A stretch of DNA of 64,000 bases from a virus, in the IMG/VR virus record IMGVR_UViG_3300026484_000382, positions 1-64,000 of that record; one strand, 5' to 3'. Made by a program: the position numbers and the translations under genes. The stretch's first letter is position 1. Each line of letters begins with the position of its first letter. Positions 47,520 through 57,810 of this stretch are shown here, one piece after another. Under the pieces are notes generated by a model, which saw nothing but the letters and a program-made list of their open reading frames with translations, had not been told where the DNA came from and did not search any database.

Positions 47520-48074
47520 ATGAACGATACAATTAATACGGAGTTATTTAAAAACAACAATGCAAACCAAAATAAGGAAGTAAAGAGTGGTACAGACAAT
47601 AAAGATAAGTCTAAAAAAGAGGAATACGATGTTTTTTTTGACAAAACAATGGAAGAGTTAAAATTAAGTGAAGAAGATATTGTTTACAGAATTGTAGAAT
47701 TAGTAGACAAAGGCTATATTGAAGATAAAGTAGCTATTTTAAACAAAATACATGTTACCTTAAGAACTGGTTTTATATCAGAAACAGAAATACTTTATGA
47801 GTATATGGAACAAGAAGCTGATAATTCTGTGGGAGTTTTTGAATTTAAAGTGGCATTAGCTGGTGTTGCTATGTGTTTATTTGAATATAAAGACAAAAAG
47901 TTCGAACCAGTAAAAACACTTCATGATCTAAATAAAAAAGTTGCTTGGATTGAAGAAAATATTCCATTAGCAATACATACCCAAATTCAAATAAAGTTAA
48001 ACCGTTTAAAAAAAATAAGCACATTACTTGGCCACGAAAAGATAAATGATATGCTGGGAAAGTTGGGTGGTTAA
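47520..48074 (+). CDS. Tail assembly chaperone (gpG-like)
   Basis: Position before tape measure; slippery G-GGA-AAG at its 3' end. Confidence 0.75.
   Translation: MNDTINTELFKNNNANQNKEVKSGTDNKDKSKKEEYDVFFDKTMEELKLSEEDIVYRIVELVDKGYIEDKVAILNKIHVTLRTGFISETEILYEYMEQEADNSVGVFEFKVALAGVAMCLFEYKDKKFEPVKTLHDLNKKVAWIEENIPLAIHTQIQIKLNRLKKISTLLGHEKINDMLGKLGG
48056..48062 (+). other. Programmed -1 ribosomal frameshift site GGGAAAG
   Basis: Same heptamer as the lambda G/GT site; the -1 frame is open from 48062 to the stop at 48355. Confidence 0.85.
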
Positions 48075-48355
48075 TAGACTATATTAAAGCTTATGTTGAC
48101 AACAAGACAACCAATGGTACTCTAAAAAAATTATTATTGGCTTGTTTTGTTATTGAAAACTTAAATAAAAAAAGATATTTAAAAATGAAAGCTTTAAATG
48201 AAGTTATGATTGCATCTTTGAAAAAAAGTGATGACTATAAAGCGACTTATTCTTCTATTTTAGAAAATATAGACAAATATTTTAATGTAAAAAAAGAAGA
48301 AAAGAAAGTGACAGAAAAAGATATGTTATTAGGTATAGAATTTTTAAAGGAATAA
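48062..48355 (+). CDS. Frameshift extension of the chaperone (gpT-like)
   Basis: VGWLIDYIKAYVDNK...LLLACFVIENL...EFLKE in frame; no RBS for the TTG start at 48137. Confidence 0.75.
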   Translation, partial: VGWLIDYIKAYVDNKTTNGTLKKLLLACFVIENLNKKRYLKMKALNEVMIASLKKSDDYKATYSSILENIDKYFNVKKEEKKVTEKDMLLGIEFLKE

Positions 48356-48356
48356 A

Positions 48357-51300
48357 ATGAATGATAATTTTATGAATGACCCATATATGATGATGATGAT
48401 GATGCAACATCCTCAAACAAATACATCCCATATGTTTAATAGTATGATGGGTTACAATCAATTCTTTATGCCAAATGCTAATACAGGTTATAACATAACA
48501 GGGAATATGTCGTTTTTAGACAAACAATATAATAATTATGATTTCGGATTATTAGATTATGTTACTCATAATTTATTAGGACTACATAGACATATAGGTA
48601 TGAATGGGGTTGATACTCAACTTGCTGCATCAGCACAACATGATTTATCTATGGCTCATGCCGGTACTTATGGTTTAGAAATGGGGTTAGGTGCCTTAGC
48701 CATGGGATTACCTATGTTTCCAGGTTTAATTATAGGAGCTGGAGTTAGTGTTGCAGCAGATCAAGTAAGAGAAAATATAGATGATAGATACAAAAACTTT
48801 CAAAAAACTGCCCTTATTACGTCTAATTTTATAGGGAAAGATGGGAGCGAAGGGTTTGATAGTGATACAATTAAAGAAATAAATAAACAAATTAGAGATG
48901 AAGCTGCTGATGATACAATGTTTTCTGTAGATGACATTCAAGAAATGATGAAAAAATTTAACTCACATGGATTTCTTAATGATGTTAATTCTAGTAGACA
49001 ATACAAGGATATTATTGGAACATTAAAAGACAGAGTTAGAGATTTGGCGGAATTCTTAGGCGAAACTAATCCTAGTAAATTATTAGATGGTTTAACTAAA
49101 TATAAATCAATAGGGTTTACTAGAGCCGAAACATTTGAAATTATGAAGCAGATAAAAGGAGTATCAAATATATCAGGTATTTCTAAAGAAATTATAGAAC
49201 AACAAATAGGAATGGAAGTAGCGCAGAAAGATAATGTAGGAACGGATGAAAGGATTATAACAAAGAGAGTTTTATCTGAAGCGGCTCAAATAAATGCCTT
49301 AAGTAGAAGTGGGTTTATGCCAGGTGCTTTTTCTGATAAAAAAAAGGCCTTATCTGTGTATTCTTCCTTAAATCAAGCTGCAAACGAAATTATGCAAAGT
49401 GAGCAAGGAATGGGGCAAAATCAATTAATGTTTCTTGCTATGAATTTGCAAAAAGAAAAAGGAGGATCATTAAATAAAAATTACCAAAAAATACTTGATA
49501 TGGACTATTCTGAAAGAAATAAACTTATAGCACATTTTCAGCAAACAAACAAAGAATTCGCTTCTTTCTTCTACGATAATGACTTACTTAGTACAGCAAT
49601 TCAAAACAATAAAGAAGTGGGAAGTGTTGAACAATATAAAAATCCAATTATTCAACTAATAAAACATATAAAAAAAGAAATGCCGCATGCAGATAAAAAT
49701 GAAATCCTTAAGGCTCTTAAATATAGGGGGATAAGAGGTGAACAATTAAGTATGGCGGGTGTTTTAGTGCAAGGCTATGAAACTTATGGAAATTTTAATT
49801 GGCTTACAAGTCAAAATGATTCAGTTAAGTCAAATACTGATATTAGAAATGCATTTAACAAGTATTCTCTTGCAAGAGAAAAAACTAGTACGGTTGCATA
49901 TATTGGAAGAAAATGGAGACATACTACAGAGTGGTTAGGTGATATGTTTGGTGGGGATTATGGAGAAGAGATTGCCGCTGAAATTCAAGATATGAATAGG
50001 AAAATAACAGCTTACCCTAAAGAAAATAAAAGTTTTATTTTACGACATAAAATTGCTGATTTTAAAACAAAACTTGGGGTTAAAAATATTTATAAGTTTT
50101 TAGCAAAAAATTATAGTGATATTATGGATATTTCAAAAGAAGACCCATTAAAAGAAAAAGAAGATCTATTTAAAGATATTCAAAATAATGTATTAGTTAG
50201 GTCTGGTTCAATAGATGCAACAGCAGCATACAAGATGGCTTTCAAGAAAAAATATAAAAATGATAGTAGTATGTCTGCCATTGATTATTTTAAACAAGTA
50301 TACGGAGAAAAAGCGAAAACTTACCATATGTCTCCTTTTACAGGAATGTTTCATGTTTTTGATAGTGATTATATAAAAGCTATGACTGCAGACAATGTTT
50401 TAACAGGGGATTATATATCTGTATTTAAAAAATCTAATGAATTTAAACATGTAAAGAAATCATGGGGAGACATTATAAAAGACAAAGGTAACACAGGATT
50501 AGAGGAAATGTACCTATTAGAAAGAAATACTCCAAAAACAAAGAAAAAAGCAAAAAGACTAATACAGGGGTATGAGTATTATAATGAATTTTTAGAAGAA
50601 AAAAAAGAAAACAAAGATATTACTTTTAAAGATTTTTTAGTTAAACAAAGAAAGATAAAAAATAATAAACTTGTTCGTAGTTTTGTGTCTAATGAGAACG
50701 AATTTAAAGAAATAAAAAATTTAGGTAAAAATCAAGTTAATAAATTATATTTAGCCGCTTCAAAAGGTAATGTGTCTGATTTTAAAGAATTAATTAAATC
50801 TCCTAAAATGGATTTAGTTACAAACCAAAAAGTTTTAGACAGGTTAAGAGCTAATATAAAAAATAGTAAAACCATAGATGGTGAAGATAAAATAGAAATG
50901 ATTGCCGAAATAGATAAAACTGTAGCAATGAGAAATGTAAAATTCTTTACTCCAAAAAAAATAAAAGAGTTGGAAGATGGTGGGGCAATCAAATTTGCTG
51001 TAGGATTACGAACATTAAATAAAGAACAAAGAAATAAGATGCTTGAAGCTGTAAAAAATAACGATACAAAAACTATGTTATCTATAGCAACAGATTCTGG
51101 TGATGGCAACTTATTGCAAAACACTAGACAATTTGTTGCTTCTTACGGTGGCGGTGATATGGCCAAAGTATTAAAAAGTGGTATTGGTGCAGCTAGACAA
51201 AAAGAGTTAGGAATTGTTAACGATATGAAAGATCTTCTTAATGTTAAAGACGATGATGTAATGCAAAAAGTGTTATCCAAAATGGGTGATGGAGATATGT

Positions 51301-51554
51301 ATGGGGCATATTCTATAGTTAAAAAACAGCAAGGTAACCAAAATATGAGTTACGAAGACTTTACTAGAATTCAAAGTTTAGCTAATGTAAGTTCTGAATT
51401 TGGATTTGAAAATAAGGAAGATAAAAAAACACTGGCATCAACAGCTCATCTTACAGATAAACAAACAAAACAAGTAACTTTAGCATTAACAAAAAAGCAA
51501 ACAAGTTTATTAACTGAAATCAAAGATATTTTAGATAAAATAGAAAAAAAATAG
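48357..51554 (+). CDS. Tape measure protein
   Basis: 1065 aa helical, hydrophobic segment near N-terminus, follows the G/GT pair, ends LLTEIKDILDKI. Confidence 0.8.
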   Translation: MNDNFMNDPYMMMMMMQHPQTNTSHMFNSMMGYNQFFMPNANTGYNITGNMSFLDKQYNNYDFGLLDYVTHNLLGLHRHIGMNGVDTQLAASAQHDLSMAHAGTYGLEMGLGALAMGLPMFPGLIIGAGVSVAADQVRENIDDRYKNFQKTALITSNFIGKDGSEGFDSDTIKEINKQIRDEAADDTMFSVDDIQEMMKKFNSHGFLNDVNSSRQYKDIIGTLKDRVRDLAEFLGETNPSKLLDGLTKYKSIGFTRAETFEIMKQIKGVSNISGISKEIIEQQIGMEVAQKDNVGTDERIITKRVLSEAAQINALSRSGFMPGAFSDKKKALSVYSSLNQAANEIMQSEQGMGQNQLMFLAMNLQKEKGGSLNKNYQKILDMDYSERNKLIAHFQQTNKEFASFFYDNDLLSTAIQNNKEVGSVEQYKNPIIQLIKHIKKEMPHADKNEILKALKYRGIRGEQLSMAGVLVQGYETYGNFNWLTSQNDSVKSNTDIRNAFNKYSLAREKTSTVAYIGRKWRHTTEWLGDMFGGDYGEEIAAEIQDMNRKITAYPKENKSFILRHKIADFKTKLGVKNIYKFLAKNYSDIMDISKEDPLKEKEDLFKDIQNNVLVRSGSIDATAAYKMAFKKKYKNDSSMSAIDYFKQVYGEKAKTYHMSPFTGMFHVFDSDYIKAMTADNVLTGDYISVFKKSNEFKHVKKSWGDIIKDKGNTGLEEMYLLERNTPKTKKKAKRLIQGYEYYNEFLEEKKENKDITFKDFLVKQRKIKNNKLVRSFVSNENEFKEIKNLGKNQVNKLYLAASKGNVSDFKELIKSPKMDLVTNQKVLDRLRANIKNSKTIDGEDKIEMIAEIDKTVAMRNVKFFTPKKIKELEDGGAIKFAVGLRTLNKEQRNKMLEAVKNNDTKTMLSIATDSGDGNLLQNTRQFVASYGGGDMAKVLKSGIGAARQKELGIVNDMKDLLNVKDDDVMQKVLSKMGDGDMYGAYSIVKKQQGNQNMSYEDFTRIQSLANVSSEFGFENKEDKKTLASTAHLTDKQTKQVTLALTKKQTSLLTEIKDILDKIEKK

Positions 51555-51565
51555 GACGGTAGAAG

Positions 51566-51919
51566 ATGGGAGATTTAAAAAGAGGAATTATTAACGAAAA
51601 AAAAGAAGATAAAGTAGAAGATTTAATTGTAAGCAAAAATGTTGGTTTACGATATGATTTAGCCATAGATAGAACAATTAGTGGAGATGTGGGCATAAGA
51701 AAAGACATTGATTCTAAAAAAGGTCTTATAAGAGGAACTATTTTAACAATAAATAAAAAAACGCCAAATGAAACAATAAATATTAATGGCATGTTGTTTT
51801 CAGATAAATTCTCAGGAGAGTATATTGCGAACAATATAACAAAAGAAGTTAGTGGGGGTGAAATATCTGCTCCATATAAAAACACATCAGTTGGATTTGT
51901 AGGTGTTTCTAATGGGTAA
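51566..51919 (+). CDS. Hypothetical tail protein (tube initiator-like)
   Basis: Position after tape measure. Confidence 0.45.
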   Translation: MGDLKRGIINEKKEDKVEDLIVSKNVGLRYDLAIDRTISGDVGIRKDIDSKKGLIRGTILTINKKTPNETININGMLFSDKFSGEYIANNITKEVSGGEISAPYKNTSVGFVGVSNG

Positions 51920-53630
51920 TATAACGCTTCAAGACAAAATGCCAAAAAAAACAAATGTTATCACAAGAAGTAGTATATCTCACGTTGCTACAACACAAGA
52001 ATTTTCACCAATAGGTGATAACAAAAAAATATTTTATTACGGAAAGGACATATCTTCTATTAATCTTACTGTGCAATCTTTAGACAAGAAAGGTTTTTCT
52101 CCTGACAAACAATTTAAATTATTTTCAGATGAATTCTCAGGAGAAATAAAATTAGATTCTATAAATGTTAATGAATATTCTGAATTACCATATACTATTA
52201 CACAAATATCAGGGATAGGAAAAAGTAATGAACAGATAAAGGTAGTTAACTCTAACAATATAAAAATAATTAAAGGGTTAGAAGATATTTATAGTTTAAA
52301 TTGGCAAACAACATATACACCACATTTGGGAACAGGTTATAGTTTTAGTGTATCAGCTAAAACAAAAGAACTAGCAAATAAAGAAACATTTAGTTTTAGT
52401 GTAGGGGAAAAAACGTTTAATATAGGTAAAAAAAGTGCTAAATTATTAAATATAACAAAACAATTGAATAGAGTGTATTCAGGAGTAGCTATTTCTAAAT
52501 CAGACCCTTTACCGCTAGTTTTATCAAAAACAGTAGTAATTTCTACAACTGAAAACCCTTTGTTATCTAATATAGTTGATGGGGATAAAGTATTATTTTA
52601 TTCAGCAACAAAAATAAATAATTTATTTCATACTTATATAAAAAAAGGAGATGTTGTAGGTTTTTTATCAGAACTTATAGGGAATGAGATAAAGATAACA
52701 GAAGGGAAAAACATTTCTCCTGTTTTACAAGCTTTAAAAAATACTTCTACAGCAGGTGGAAGTCTTGTAAATAACAGAATCAATGAGGCTATTACAAAAT
52801 TTCTACAACCTAAAATTTGTACAGTTGGGGATATAATTTCCCAAATACTAAATTTTATAGGAATGGAATTTTATTATTCTTATCAAACTGATAGTTATAC
52901 AATAGACTCTCCTAGAATTTTATATTTTGAAGGCAACAAATCTGATATTACTTTATCAAAAGATGATGTTATTTCAATTAATTCTCACAATAACCTAGCT
53001 TCAACTCCATCATTAATGATACCTAATATAGATTTTAAAAATATGACACTTTCGAGTATAGCGCAAAATTGTTCACAAATGTTAGCAGGGTATATTTTAA
53101 AGAAGATGAGTAAGATTAAAGATTTGCCTGTTTTTAAAATAGAAACATTTAGTGTCCCTGAAATATTGTTCCCTGTTGAAAAAGAATTAAATAAGAAAAG
53201 TCTATTTGAAAAAATGAATGGATATTTTTCTGATGTCTGGTTATATTATGCTGGATTATCAATGAGAAGTGTTTTTTCTAATATAAACAATGGAAGCATT
53301 CAAATAGTGCCTAATTTTGATATAATAGAACCCCATAAATGGTATAAAATAGAAGATACTTGGTATTATGTGACAAGTATATCTATTTCTTTTAGTAGGG
53401 GTAGCATAATTATGAACTTGCAGTATTCTGGAATTTATGACCAGGATTTATACAAGATTCTTGATGAATTAAAACAAATAATGGGTAATAGTACTCAATG
53501 TGAAAAAACATTTAATGATTTTTTCAAAGACAAACATACGCCCTTTAACCAAAAAGTAAGTAATAAATCAAAACCATCAGAGGTGATTAAGGATATTAAA
53601 AATCAGAATATTAAGCAATTAGATTTTTAA
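51912..53630 (+). CDS. Putative baseplate hub protein
   Basis: C-terminal GSIQIVPNFDI...YYVTSISISFS...MNL pattern; position. Confidence 0.55.
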   Translation: MGNITLQDKMPKKTNVITRSSISHVATTQEFSPIGDNKKIFYYGKDISSINLTVQSLDKKGFSPDKQFKLFSDEFSGEIKLDSINVNEYSELPYTITQISGIGKSNEQIKVVNSNNIKIIKGLEDIYSLNWQTTYTPHLGTGYSFSVSAKTKELANKETFSFSVGEKTFNIGKKSAKLLNITKQLNRVYSGVAISKSDPLPLVLSKTVVISTTENPLLSNIVDGDKVLFYSATKINNLFHTYIKKGDVVGFLSELIGNEIKITEGKNISPVLQALKNTSTAGGSLVNNRINEAITKFLQPKICTVGDIISQILNFIGMEFYYSYQTDSYTIDSPRILYFEGNKSDITLSKDDVISINSHNNLASTPSLMIPNIDFKNMTLSSIAQNCSQMLAGYILKKMSKIKDLPVFKIETFSVPEILFPVEKELNKKSLFEKMNGYFSDVWLYYAGLSMRSVFSNINNGSIQIVPNFDIIEPHKWYKIEDTWYYVTSISISFSRGSIIMNLQYSGIYDQDLYKILDELKQIMGNSTQCEKTFNDFFKDKHTPFNQKVSNKSKPSEVIKDIKNQNIKQLDF

Positions 53631-53683
53631 TTCCTTGACCATTTTGAATTATTATGATAAAATAAACAAAAAAAGGATAGAAA

Positions 53684-54055
53684 ATGGATTTACTAAAAGT
53701 AGCAAACGACCCATATGCGAGTTATTTAACAAAAACAGCCGCGGTGATCAGTGATTTTGAACAAGGAAGAATTACTGCTGATGAAGCGTTTGGAGCAGCT
53801 CAAGAAATGGGAATTGCACCACAAGATTTAGTTGCAGCTCAAGAAGTTTTATTTAAAGAAGCTTCAGAAAGTGCTAGCCTTGAAAAAGTAGCATCAATTG
53901 TAGATGACCCTTATTGCACACCACTTGAAAAAGTAGCAGCGATTGTAGACGGTATTGCTGCAGGAACTGTTGATTATGATGCAGGAACTCAAGTTGCAGC
54001 TCAATTAGGATTTGATGCTCAAGACATGGAATATATCTACGCACAAACTCACTAA
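53684..54055 (+). CDS. Acidic scaffold/core-like protein with five LxKxA sites
   Basis: LLKVA, LTKTA, LFKEA, LEKVA x2; internal duplication; own promoter TGATAAAAT 53655-53663. Confidence 0.75.
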   Translation: MDLLKVANDPYASYLTKTAAVISDFEQGRITADEAFGAAQEMGIAPQDLVAAQEVLFKEASESASLEKVASIVDDPYCTPLEKVAAIVDGIAAGTVDYDAGTQVAAQLGFDAQDMEYIYAQTH

Positions 54056-54063
54056 GCTAACCT

Positions 54064-54095
54064 AAAAAAAAGGAGGGTGCTTATACCCCCCTTTT
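54064..54095 (-). terminator. Intrinsic terminator (best for minus strand, possibly bidirectional)
   Basis: AAAAGGAGGGT-loop-ACCCCCCTTTT; the A.C mismatch on + is G-U on minus; U8 tail on minus. Confidence 0.7.
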
Positions 54096-54203
54096 AAGAA
54101 CCATCAAAATAAATAAAACCAACTTAACTACTAATTTAACTGAATCAAGTATAGTTTTTTTTAATATCATGATGGATGCACTAGGCTTACTTACATCAAA
54201 CAT
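54081..54203 (-). CDS. 40-aa hydrophobic peptide MFDVSKPSASIMILKKTILDSVKLVVKLVLFILMVLKRGV (not in ORF track)
   Basis: AAGGA RBS 7 nt before ATG; terminator overlaps stop. Confidence 0.55.
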   Translation of the reverse strand: MFDVSKPSASIMILKKTILDSVKLVVKLVLFILMVLKRGV

Positions 54204-54278
54204 TTTATTCCTTTATCTTAAATTTCTCTTTTAATATAGAGATTCCTTTGATAAGGGCCTAGTGCACAAATATATAAC

Positions 54279-55001
54279 TTATTTTGTTTTAATATTTTGA
54301 GTTGAAGAATTGCTTTTAACTAATATTTTAGTGTTTGGCGTAATGTGTTTTGTAGAGTTTGTTTGGTTTATTCTATACATTTCTGAAGTCGATAAAGTTG
54401 TGGGGTTACTAGCTGGTTTCATTCCTGGGGTTATGTTGATAGTTTGTTCAACAATATTATTAGGCTTATTATTACAATCAAATAAATCTTTTTTTGTTTT
54501 TGTTAATTCATTTTGACATTTAGTTAATTGGTCTAGCTCTTTATAACACAAATTACAAACTGTATTTACCCCAAAACTCTGATTTATTTTAATTATTTCA
54601 TTGTCTTCAATCTCATTATAAGAAGCAAAATAAAATCCATATTTTAATTCTGTTAATTGACCTCTTATGTTTTTTGTTATTGACTCCCAGGACAATGAAA
54701 GACCCTCTTCGCTGTTGAAAGCAGAATAAATTATCCTTTTTTTCCCATCTCCATATTTTAAAACAACGGCATCAGTTTTTTCGTCGGAGAATACTATTTG
54801 AATTAAAATATACCCGTTTTTATATGGTGGTTGTATTGTTAGAATAATATAATTATCTCTTTGCAGTGATGGTATAATTTCTGTTCTGTATGTGTTATCA
54901 TCAAAAAAATAAATAGCATTATTTGTTTTGTAAAACTTACTATCTACAATTATTGATTTTTTTTTGTCTATAGGTAAACAAGGAGCAAAAGAAAAACTCA
55001 T
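54279..55001 (-). CDS. Hypothetical protein
   Basis: Start MSFSF at 55001 via ATGA overlap with the upstream gene. Confidence 0.65.
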   Translation of the reverse strand: MSFSFAPCLPIDKKKSIIVDSKFYKTNNAIYFFDDNTYRTEIIPSLQRDNYIILTIQPPYKNGYILIQIVFSDEKTDAVVLKYGDGKKRIIYSAFNSEEGLSLSWESITKNIRGQLTELKYGFYFASYNEIEDNEIIKINQSFGVNTVCNLCYKELDQLTKCQNELTKTKKDLFDCNNKPNNIVEQTINITPGMKPASNPTTLSTSEMYRINQTNSTKHITPNTKILVKSNSSTQNIKTK

Positions 55002-56053
55002 TGTTCTTGTTTCTCTTTTTTGTGTTTTACCCATAATTCAGGTAATTTAACTAATCCATAACCTAACATACCTCCCCATAAAGCTTTACCAGCTGTATGC
55101 CCAAGTAATGACTTATCTAACACAGGACTACCTTTCATTCCTTTATATAAATCAATATCATCACTATTGTAGCCATGTTTTATTTTTGACATCATATTAG
55201 GCAGAAGATATTTTGATAAAGAATGTAATAGTTTTTTTGAACCTTTGGCTCTTTCCCCCGCTTTAGACCATACTTCACCTTTTTTTACATCTTTTAATTC
55301 ATTTTTATCAAAGTAAGTGTCTGGGGTTGAACCAACAGATTTGTAGGCTCTTCCTAATAGTCTTAAAGTTAAAGGTTCTACTCCAGCACCTATTGCCATA
55401 CCTGCTCCACTTAATACTGCAGGAGAAAGAACATTTTCTTCTTTATTGTCTAATTCGGCTGTTGCTGCTGAATTAGCTCCTCCCATAACAGCCATTGGAA
55501 CAAAACCTTTAAGAAATCCTTTTCCCCTAAAGGAACTTATAACACCGCCCATTACACCTCCAACGCCTCCACCGAATAAAGCGGCTTTACCTACATCTTC
55601 CTGGCCTTCTTTTCTTTTTCTTTTTTGTTCATCAAGTTCATCTGTTGCTAATTCAGCAGACCTAGATAAACCAGCTGTTTTCACAATTAAATAATTACCA
55701 GCAGAACTTTGTTTTACCAAATCTATCTTTTTTTTTAAGTATTGGTTTGAAACTCTTTTACCTGCTAATAATTTCCTTGCTTCAATAGCTTTATCTACCT
55801 TTTTATTATTGGATACTTTACCATATGCTCCACCTGCTGCTGCACCAGTTCCAATGTGAGCAAGTGTGCCTATTAATCCAGTTTTCTTACTTCTTGCTGA
55901 ATCAAAAATCCTCAACCCAAGCCCACCAACAAGGGCACCTTTATATGCTCCTTCTAGCACAGGTTCAACGTCTTTCCTTGTGTGTGGGTAGAGAGCATCG
56001 GCTTTAGCTTGTTCTTCAAGAATGTATCCATCAATACTTCTATTTTTATCCAT
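54998..56053 (-). CDS. Multi-glycine-zipper protein with internal LxKxA sites
   Basis: GAYKGALVGGLG, GTGAAAGGAYG, GGGVGGVMGG etc.; LVKQS and LIVKTA at a domain junction. Confidence 0.85.
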   Translation of the reverse strand: MDKNRSIDGYILEEQAKADALYPHTRKDVEPVLEGAYKGALVGGLGLRIFDSARSKKTGLIGTLAHIGTGAAAGGAYGKVSNNKKVDKAIEARKLLAGKRVSNQYLKKKIDLVKQSSAGNYLIVKTAGLSRSAELATDELDEQKRKRKEGQEDVGKAALFGGGVGGVMGGVISSFRGKGFLKGFVPMAVMGGANSAATAELDNKEENVLSPAVLSGAGMAIGAGVEPLTLRLLGRAYKSVGSTPDTYFDKNELKDVKKGEVWSKAGERAKGSKKLLHSLSKYLLPNMMSKIKHGYNSDDIDLYKGMKGSPVLDKSLLGHTAGKALWGGMLGYGLVKLPELWVKHKKEKQEQ

Positions 56054-56070
56054 TTTTATATCCTTAGAAT

Positions 56071-56478
56071 TTATCTAGACAAACTTCCTGCTGTTTGAAT
56101 GTATTTTAATGCTTTTTCTGTTTTAGAACCTCTATTAATATCAGCAATAATTTTAGCTGTTGCTAAATCAACATTACCACCATATTGATGAATTTGATAT
56201 ATAGCATCTGCCATCAATTCTTTATTATCAGCCATTCTAGGAGATAAAGTATAAACTGCTCCAGCCCATGCTTTTAATTTACTGTCAGACACTTCTCCTA
56301 ACTCTGGATGTTTTCTTTTAGCATATTTAACAATACTATTTAATCTAATCTTAAACATTAAATCATCTGTTTGCTGAATTACCTTTTCAGCTCCTACTAA
56401 TGTTGCCGTTGTTCCACCTACTGTCATAGCAATATCTTCTAATTTACTTTTCTCAGCTATTTTTTCTAAATAAGACAT
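56071..56478 (-). CDS. LxKxA-leader protein
   Basis: MSYLEKIA; short G-rich helix. Confidence 0.8.
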   Translation of the reverse strand: MSYLEKIAEKSKLEDIAMTVGGTTATLVGAEKVIQQTDDLMFKIRLNSIVKYAKRKHPELGEVSDSKLKAWAGAVYTLSPRMADNKELMADAIYQIHQYGGNVDLATAKIIADINRGSKTEKALKYIQTAGSLSR

Positions 56479-56500
56479 TTGAAATCCTTTTTTTGTATTA

Positions 56501-56523
56501 ATTATAACATATTTTGATATAAT
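56501..56523. promoter_or_regulatory. Back-to-back extended -10 promoters 5 bp apart
   Basis: Minus TGTTATAAT 56501-56509; plus TGATATAAT 56515-56523; each followed by an A-tract AAGGA. Confidence 0.7.
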
Positions 56524-56544
56524 ATTTAAAAAAAGGATTTTGTA

Positions 56545-57810
56545 ATGTTGAATACGAACGACATATTAGATTCATTTAAAATGATAAATCCAAAAATAAT
56601 ACAAAAAACAATAGACAAATACACAACTATATATAAAAATAAGTATCCCCAAATTGATTTTTCAAAACAAGAAAATATAGATTTTATTGTAATGCCTGTA
56701 GTTGCAGCTGAGCTTACAATAGAACTAAACAAAAATAAATTATTATCAACTAATACAATAAATGGTGTTATAGACTCAAACATGACAGAAGATGAAAAAC
56801 TTTCAGCATTAAAAGCATATGCTAAATTAATAGGATTTAAACCTATTTCTAATTCGTGGGAGAATTTGTATAATGAAATTATTCAATTTACACAAAACAA
56901 TTGGTACAATCTAAAAACACCTATCTCTAATTTTATTTTAAACAAGTTTAATTATATTGAAAACATATACATATCTGATAGCAATTCTTCAGAAATGGTA
57001 AGAAATAGAGTTTACTATATCCAAATACCTGGTATGAAAATAAACACATTTGAACTATCAGACAACAATCAAACTAATTTATTTAATTACGCTTTCTCTA
57101 TAGATGATTATGAAAAATACAAAGCAGCAAAAGAAGGCGGTTTTTTCAGTTTACCTAGCTGTATAGATTTATATTTATTTACAGAAATAAAAGAAAGTAC
57201 TTTAAAAGTAACTCCTATTGATAATTATTTTTCTTTGAAAGAAGGCTATTATGTTAGTGTAGAATGTGATGAACATCAAATAATCCATTCAAATTTTAAT
57301 GATAAAAATGTTGATGGAATTATTTTTTGTAAACCAAGATTTTATGTTGATACAGAAGAAGAAATAGAGATTAAAATAAGAGAATACATTCTGCCCAATA
57401 AAGACGAAATAAAAGTAGACGAGCTAGTTACTACATCCGATATTTTAATAAAAGCACCTTATCCAATCTTTATTTCACTACTTTGTTACAGTTCTGAAAA
57501 ATATTCTTCTTCCGATAAAGAAAATATGAAAAACATTTTAAATGAGTATCTTAAGTCGAAACATAGAAATCCTAAAGAGATATCTTTGAAAGATATGTCT
57601 AATGTTTTGTTAAGTAATAATTATAATGTAGATTTGCAGCCAAAAGTAAATATAGAATTATATCCTTATATAAATTATCAAGTTAAAAAAGAAGCAATTT
57701 TTCCATTAACAAAAAAAGACTACAGATTAAACAATGCTGATTTATATAACCAAATTTCAAACAATACATCTGTATTCTACATAAAGGATATAAATGTTAT
57801 ACCAGAATAA
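56545..57810 (+). CDS. Putative baseplate wedge protein (gpJ/gp6-like)
   Basis: YPQIDFS...DFIVMP N-terminus, EMVR...IDLY, DILIK.P.PIFI; size. Confidence 0.5.
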   Translation: MLNTNDILDSFKMINPKIIQKTIDKYTTIYKNKYPQIDFSKQENIDFIVMPVVAAELTIELNKNKLLSTNTINGVIDSNMTEDEKLSALKAYAKLIGFKPISNSWENLYNEIIQFTQNNWYNLKTPISNFILNKFNYIENIYISDSNSSEMVRNRVYYIQIPGMKINTFELSDNNQTNLFNYAFSIDDYEKYKAAKEGGFFSLPSCIDLYLFTEIKESTLKVTPIDNYFSLKEGYYVSVECDEHQIIHSNFNDKNVDGIIFCKPRFYVDTEEEIEIKIREYILPNKDEIKVDELVTTSDILIKAPYPIFISLLCYSSEKYSSSDKENMKNILNEYLKSKHRNPKEISLKDMSNVLLSNNYNVDLQPKVNIELYPYINYQVKKEAIFPLTKKDYRLNNADLYNQISNNTSVFYIKDINVIPE

